Source: a virus
IMG/VR virus record: IMGVR_UViG_3300032265_001317
Coordinates: 28,159 to 92,158 of that record
Direction: 5' to 3' (one strand)
Length of the DNA: 64,000 nt
Below, one piece after another: positions 59,564 through 64,000 of this stretch. Position 1 is the stretch's first letter; every line of letters begins with the position of its first letter. Both the position numbers and the translations under genes were made by a program. Under the pieces are notes generated by a model. The model saw only the letters and a list, made by a program, of their open reading frames with translations. It had not been told where the DNA came from and did no database searches.

Positions 59564-62233
59564 TTACTCAAAGTCAAATAAACTATTGAACGTGTTACTT
59601 TGGGTAGTGGACTCTAAGTCCCATTCCAACACGCCAATAAGATTATCTAATTTATTGTTAATAATTGTTGTTTCCATTTCTGCATGATCAAATGGTAATT
59701 CTTGGAACCACTTGGGCAAACGCAATTCGTCTACCGGGTAAGCAATACTGGTAAAGCCCAATGGATTTGCTTTCATTTTACAAACAATAACTTTCATACC
59801 ATCTACAATTTGTTGACTGTACTTGTCACCGTTCATGCGTTTTAAGGTATTCCAGTTAATGCTGGCACGAACGTGTCCGGGCATATTGGCCTTGCCTTGT
59901 TTTCTTTCTTTTTCCTGATACTCTGCAATGTTGTTGGCACGTTTAGGTGAACCTTTTTCCCAACCTGGTCTAGATTTAAATTCAGTTCTAAACTCGCCAA
60001 TGCGTTCTAGAATATCTGCTTCCTGCGCATTGTTAAGAACTTTGGTAAGAATCTCTTCCAAAAACTTCTGCATGAATTCTGGAGTGTCACTGCGCTTCAA
60101 ATCCAATCCCATGGCCTTGATCTTGCCCGGTTTCCCTTCTATGTCACTGCGTTTGCCTTCTTTATCGTAGTACAATACTGCATAACGCTTCTTGGTAATG
60201 AATAGGCCTTTGAGTGCAACAATTTCACGACCGGCTTTGATAACTTCACCACGACTCTTTGGACAATGATGTGCATCTGACATAAACTGTGCAAAGGTAC
60301 TGTTAACCTCTTCGGCAATGGTATCGTACAGTTGAACAACGGTATCTTTGGTCCACGGAATCTCGCCTTTGTCAATTTCTTTCTTTAGTACGTTGTATGC
60401 GCTAAAGTATGCAGAGTCTGTGTCGCCATAGATAATAGCTTTACCGACGTGATCATATTCACCTGTAACTACTTCATTTATCTTAGCGGCCATGTGCCGA
60501 GCAATTCCACGCCCGGTAAGGGTGGTTGACTGACCAATGCGATTGTCAAAGAAACGACAGCCCATGTTGAGAATAGCACCATACAGGCTGTTAAGATTAA
60601 TCTTTTTAACAAGTTGGCGTTTATCCCAGTATTCTTCTTCAATTTTATTCTCCGCTTTGATAGCATCTTTTAGTTTGGCCTGCATTTCTTTACGTTCAGC
60701 ATACCAGCGTTTTAGTAGTCCGGGAATAATACCTTCAAACTCGTGTGTAAAGATTGTACCGTTAGCACTTAGCATCCAGGGCTTGTTGCTTTCGTAGATT
60801 AACTCGTAGATCTCTGCGCCACTCATAACGCTAACTTCTCCGTTTTCCCACTCTACTGTGATATCATTGGCACGATCTCGATTCATAACAAACTCATACT
60901 CATTGGCACCAAACTTACCTTCCCAAGCCGCCGCAAATGAATTACCTTTGGCAATTTTTGCATCAATTTCTGCTTGTGTGTAATCTTGACGCAACTGTCC
61001 GATAATAGTTTCCGGGCCCATGTTCAGCGCACGAATCACACTCGGATACAAACTGTTAATATCCATTGATCCGATGTAGTCATGTAGACCTTTTTTAGGA
61101 TACGCAACATACGCACCAGCGGCCTGATTAACTGCGTTTTCATCTCGTTTGGGTCGACTTGGGACAATTAGTCCTCTGTGATGAGCTTCGTTTACAATGG
61201 CCTGTTCAGTTACTGCTACCGCACCCATTGTGGTTTGTAGCAACACTGTACATTCATGTGCAACTGTGTTAGCAAGATCGATAAACTTTAATTTCTTATC
61301 CAATTTATCCAACAAGGCAGTATCTTGTCTGTTGTATTCGATAAACTTACGGAAGTCGTTGTTGTAAAGTTGATCCAGTGTACCTTCGTACACCGTTTTG
61401 CTTTCTCCTACTTCCATTTCTCCAATAGCATCCAGTCTGTAAGTGTGACGTTCTTCGTATGTGTACTTGCGGTACAACTCGAGACTGTCCAAATGAACAC
61501 GACCAACCAGGTCATAAGTAATAGCCGTTTTTCCATATTTTTCGTACTCGCGCTTCTTGGGCATTTGACCCCATAGACATAGTCTGCGTGTGTCTTCTTT
61601 GCTTAGAACTTTAGTGATACGGTTAACTGTGTAAGGCATATCAAATCCTTCACTATTCCAACCGCTTAGGATATCTGCATCTTCGATTAGGTTAAGAAAC
61701 GTGTCCAACATGTCTGCTTCATTGTCGAACAAAATTGTATTAGGAAAGTCTTTGACCTGTTCTTGTGCCTGCTCCATGGTAAGAGTTTTTGGTGGCATCG
61801 CCAAACATACCAAGGTATTCATCCATTGCAGGTGAACAGCAATCGCAGTAATTGGCATGAAAGCATCTTCTGGCGAAGCATAGCCACGTTCTGGATCAAA
61901 GTCCACCTCGATATCCCAGAACGCTACATTTAGTTTTGGAGCATCTTTGCCTAGATAGTTTTCTTCCAAGCAACGGAATACCGGATTAATATCGCTTTCA
62001 AATAAACGATGTCCACTATGTATGCGTTGTTCTTTTGTGAATTCTTTAAAGCTCTTAGCAGTTACTTTGCTAAGGTTATCTCCAAAGATTGATTTGAATT
62101 TGCCTCTTTGATCTGGATAATAAAACAGATACTTGGCAGGGAACTCTTGATAAATCCTTCCCTTTTTAGGATCTCGTTCAATGACATAGATAATGTCCTT
62201 CTCACGATCCCATCGTGCGTCTACATAACTCAT
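59564..62233 (-). CDS. Family B DNA polymerase (gp43-like), unsplit
   Basis: DIEVD, GWNSEGFD, YNRQD exonuclease motifs; DINSLYPS, KINLNSLYG, YGDTDS, KKRY. Confidence 0.97.
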   Translation of the reverse strand: MSYVDARWDREKDIIYVIERDPKKGRIYQEFPAKYLFYYPDQRGKFKSIFGDNLSKVTAKSFKEFTKEQRIHSGHRLFESDINPVFRCLEENYLGKDAPKLNVAFWDIEVDFDPERGYASPEDAFMPITAIAVHLQWMNTLVCLAMPPKTLTMEQAQEQVKDFPNTILFDNEADMLDTFLNLIEDADILSGWNSEGFDMPYTVNRITKVLSKEDTRRLCLWGQMPKKREYEKYGKTAITYDLVGRVHLDSLELYRKYTYEERHTYRLDAIGEMEVGESKTVYEGTLDQLYNNDFRKFIEYNRQDTALLDKLDKKLKFIDLANTVAHECTVLLQTTMGAVAVTEQAIVNEAHHRGLIVPSRPKRDENAVNQAAGAYVAYPKKGLHDYIGSMDINSLYPSVIRALNMGPETIIGQLRQDYTQAEIDAKIAKGNSFAAAWEGKFGANEYEFVMNRDRANDITVEWENGEVSVMSGAEIYELIYESNKPWMLSANGTIFTHEFEGIIPGLLKRWYAERKEMQAKLKDAIKAENKIEEEYWDKRQLVKKINLNSLYGAILNMGCRFFDNRIGQSTTLTGRGIARHMAAKINEVVTGEYDHVGKAIIYGDTDSAYFSAYNVLKKEIDKGEIPWTKDTVVQLYDTIAEEVNSTFAQFMSDAHHCPKSRGEVIKAGREIVALKGLFITKKRYAVLYYDKEGKRSDIEGKPGKIKAMGLDLKRSDTPEFMQKFLEEILTKVLNNAQEADILERIGEFRTEFKSRPGWEKGSPKRANNIAEYQEKERKQGKANMPGHVRASINWNTLKRMNGDKYSQQIVDGMKVIVCKMKANPLGFTSIAYPVDELRLPKWFQELPFDHAEMETTIINNKLDNLIGVLEWDLESTTQSNTFNSLFDFE

Positions 62234-62242
62234 ATTTTTCTC

Positions 62243-62294
62243 CTACCGTTTATGGCCGGCAACCTTCACTGTGCGATTTATGGCTCGCAGAACC
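62243..62294 (-). promoter_or_regulatory. Tandem RNA hairpins with identical GCCAUAAA loops in the polB leader (putative translational operator)
   Basis: UGCGA-GCCAUAAA-UCGCA (62289-62272) and UUGCCG-GCCAUAAA-CGGUAG (62262-62243), the latter abutting SD AGGAG. Confidence 0.65.
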
Positions 62295-62308
62295 GTTCTC
62301 AATAGTAT

Positions 62309-62599
62309 TTAACTCAACATACGTATCAATCCAACAGAATCGATACTTACTAACAATATATAGTTAGCCAACATGCCAAAAGATTTCCTAGTCCAACTAG
62401 CCCAAGCATACATGGCACAACCAGCAATCCAAATAGGATAAAGAGCCAAAAGCGGTGGATTGGGGACTGTACTTGCCATAGTAATACTACATCCAATGCT
62501 AATAGCCCATGCAAGAAGCTCAATAACAAAACGAACTCGGTTAGACTTAAAGTCATCTCGTATCCAATCGACTGTGGGTTTAAATAAATCTATAATCAT
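62309..62599 (-). CDS. Small membrane protein
   Basis: 96 aa with about three hydrophobic segments. Confidence 0.7.
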   Translation of the reverse strand: MIIDLFKPTVDWIRDDFKSNRVRFVIELLAWAISIGCSITMASTVPNPPLLALYPIWIAGCAMYAWASWTRKSFGMLANYILLVSIDSVGLIRMLS

Positions 62600-62868
62600 T
62601 AGTCTTCACGGCGGTGAGAATGTCCACTAATATCGACAATAGTTTCGAGATCGTCAAACTCTCTCCAAACGCTATCCCATTGATCTTTTTGTGCAATTTT
62701 AATTGCTTTTTTGATCACACTAGGTTTTACTTCCAATTCTTCGGCTACTGCTTTAATAGTTTCGTTAAGGCCCTCGGTAAGGTCTTGAATTTCCTGCATA
62801 ACGGTCATGCCCTCTGCTACGATTTGTTTGATTTTGGCCTGTTCCGGCGCACCAAATGCTTTGCCCAT
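62599..62868 (-). CDS. dsDNA-binding protein (T4 DsbA-like)
   Basis: 89 aa helical; IKAVAEELEVKPSVIKKAIKIAQK; CAGGAG SD. Confidence 0.65.
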   Translation of the reverse strand: MGKAFGAPEQAKIKQIVAEGMTVMQEIQDLTEGLNETIKAVAEELEVKPSVIKKAIKIAQKDQWDSVWREFDDLETIVDISGHSHRRED

Positions 62869-62889
62869 AGATATCTCCTGTGAATGTTT

Positions 62890-62918
62890 ATTATACAGCC
62901 CCGGGGTGTTATTGTCAA
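62890..62918 (-). promoter_or_regulatory. Consensus sigma70 promoter TTGACA-N17-TATAAT
   Basis: -35 at 62918-62913, -10 at 62895-62890. Confidence 0.8.
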
Positions 62919-63446
62919 CTACTTTATGCCAATTTTCATTATTCTGGTATAATCAGTTTCAGGGTCTTTTAGATGTCGTTGTCCTGAATACAATGTTTTG
63001 GAAAGTTTGTATTCATCTAATGTGCTGTCTCTAGTCTGTAAAGCCACAAGTGTACCGGCAGGGATATTATCAAACCATCCGGAGTTTTCCATATCATTAC
63101 AACTAGTGTTAATTACAAGACTCGGTGATGTCGCCTGTCTATAGTCTAATGTGTTGGCATCTTTTACCATTGGTTCGATACGTTTAGCGATTCCTAATCG
63201 CTTGGCCAATGCCTGTCCTGTGGCTAATGCTTTACGGTCTATATCAACATTGATTATTTTTTTAAACTCAATGTATTTGTTGATAAGCAATATACTGATA
63301 TTACCGTACCAACTGCCTAATATATAAATGGTATTGAATTTGTTATGTATTTTTTCTATTTCTTTAATCAGCCATAACTTACTGATTATTAAATCTTCAG
63401 TGAAACTACCTCGTAGAGTTTTAGGACTAAATTCATCAACTCTCAT
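62919..63446 (-). CDS. Putative class I SAM-dependent methyltransferase-like protein
   Basis: SKLWL, IYILGSWYG (motif I-like), INVDID, DAN, VINTSC. Confidence 0.55.
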   Translation of the reverse strand: MRVDEFSPKTLRGSFTEDLIISKLWLIKEIEKIHNKFNTIYILGSWYGNISILLINKYIEFKKIINVDIDRKALATGQALAKRLGIAKRIEPMVKDANTLDYRQATSPSLVINTSCNDMENSGWFDNIPAGTLVALQTRDSTLDEYKLSKTLYSGQRHLKDPETDYTRIMKIGIK

Positions 63447-63457
63447 TGACTCTCTAC

Positions 63458-64000
63458 TTATTTTTTAAGTCTTGCGTCTCTACGTGCCGCTACAGCCATC
63501 TGTGCTTTTTTCTGCGGTGTTTTATTTTTGAATTGGTGATACTTGTTTGGGTTGGCTTTTTGGAAATCTTGTACCCAAACTTCTGGCTCGGCATTTGGAT
63601 CTAGCTTTTCTGCCAGTGTTGACGCTAATGATTCCATATATGAATCTGCACCTTCCGCTACACCCTGATCAGTGACTGGTTTAGGTGCCAGTGCCTTTTG
63701 TCCTATACCAGCCGGTAACGGATTATCGCAAACAGGACATTCTCCATCACTACCAAAAGACAATTTAGGACTTGCTGTATGGCAATACGGGCATTTAATT
63801 TTGGTACGGTCGTCAGATACATTTCCTTGTGCCTTATTATATTCTGCAGGGATACCACCTGGTTGTCCTAAAAAGTTGCCTTCCGCCACACCTTGCTCTT
63901 TCTTTTTAGCATCTGCGGCCGCTTGCCTTTCTTGTTTTTTACGCAATAGGGATGCATGATATGCCGCAGAACGATGTGGATATGTGGGTGGTTCGTAGCC
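63458..64000 (-). CDS. Partial protein with GVAEG repeats and a zinc ribbon, putative internal head protein
   Basis: Frame is open to the window end (GYEPPTY...); EQGVAEG and DQGVAEG flank CPYC...CPVC. Confidence 0.6.
   Translation of the reverse strand, partial: GYEPPTYPHRSAAYHASLLRKKQERQAAADAKKKEQGVAEGNFLGQPGGIPAEYNKAQGNVSDDRTKIKCPYCHTASPKLSFGSDGECPVCDNPLPAGIGQKALAPKPVTDQGVAEGADSYMESLASTLAEKLDPNAEPEVWVQDFQKANPNKYHQFKNKTPQKKAQMAVAARRDARLKK

Noticed and set aside
59564-62233. Split polymerase, intein or intron
   Set aside because: Single 889-aa ORF with normally spaced motifs.
1-64000. Stop-codon reassignment, integrase, transposon or diversity-generating retroelement
   Set aside because: Genes are intact in the standard code with all three stops used; no integrase, transposase or reverse transcriptase is recognisable.

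Overview
A 64-kb segment of a large, AT-rich, T4-superfamily-like (probably jumbo) myovirus genome. Long ORFs read intact in the standard code and TAG, TAA and TGA all act as stops. Layout: (i) 1-11.1 kb, mostly minus strand: portal (partial), tape-measure-like protein, a divergent gp26/gp51-like pair joined by a probable -1 frameshift, a low-complexity putative head protein, a ~440-nt highly structured non-coding element, a GIY-YIG nuclease, Hc1-like proteins, gp46/gp47 nuclease and a gp55-like late sigma factor. (ii) 11.2-43.7 kb, plus strand: baseplate and tail module (gp53-, hub-, gp5-, gp25-, gp6-like, a 4374-aa giant wedge-like protein, a collagen-like fibre and four paralogous fibre genes). 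(iii) 43.7-64 kb, minus strand: thyA, an AAA+/VWA pair, RNase H-like nuclease, a DNA-modification cluster (QueE, MazG, HIT, cupin, GalE, glycosyltransferase, QueD-like DpdL, DpdA transglycosylase), sliding clamp, family B polymerase and DsbA-like protein. Two promoter classes are visible: sigma70-type TTGACA-N16/17-TAnAnT and late-type TAAATA. Best candidates for undescribed biology: a 7-deazaguanine insertion pathway interleaved with a sugar epimerase and glycosyltransferase (possible glycosylated deazaguanine DNA), the large structured RNA abutting the GIY-YIG gene, the gp26/gp51 frameshift, and a tandem-hairpin operator before the polymerase. All protein calls come from motif recognition by eye; no database searches were run.
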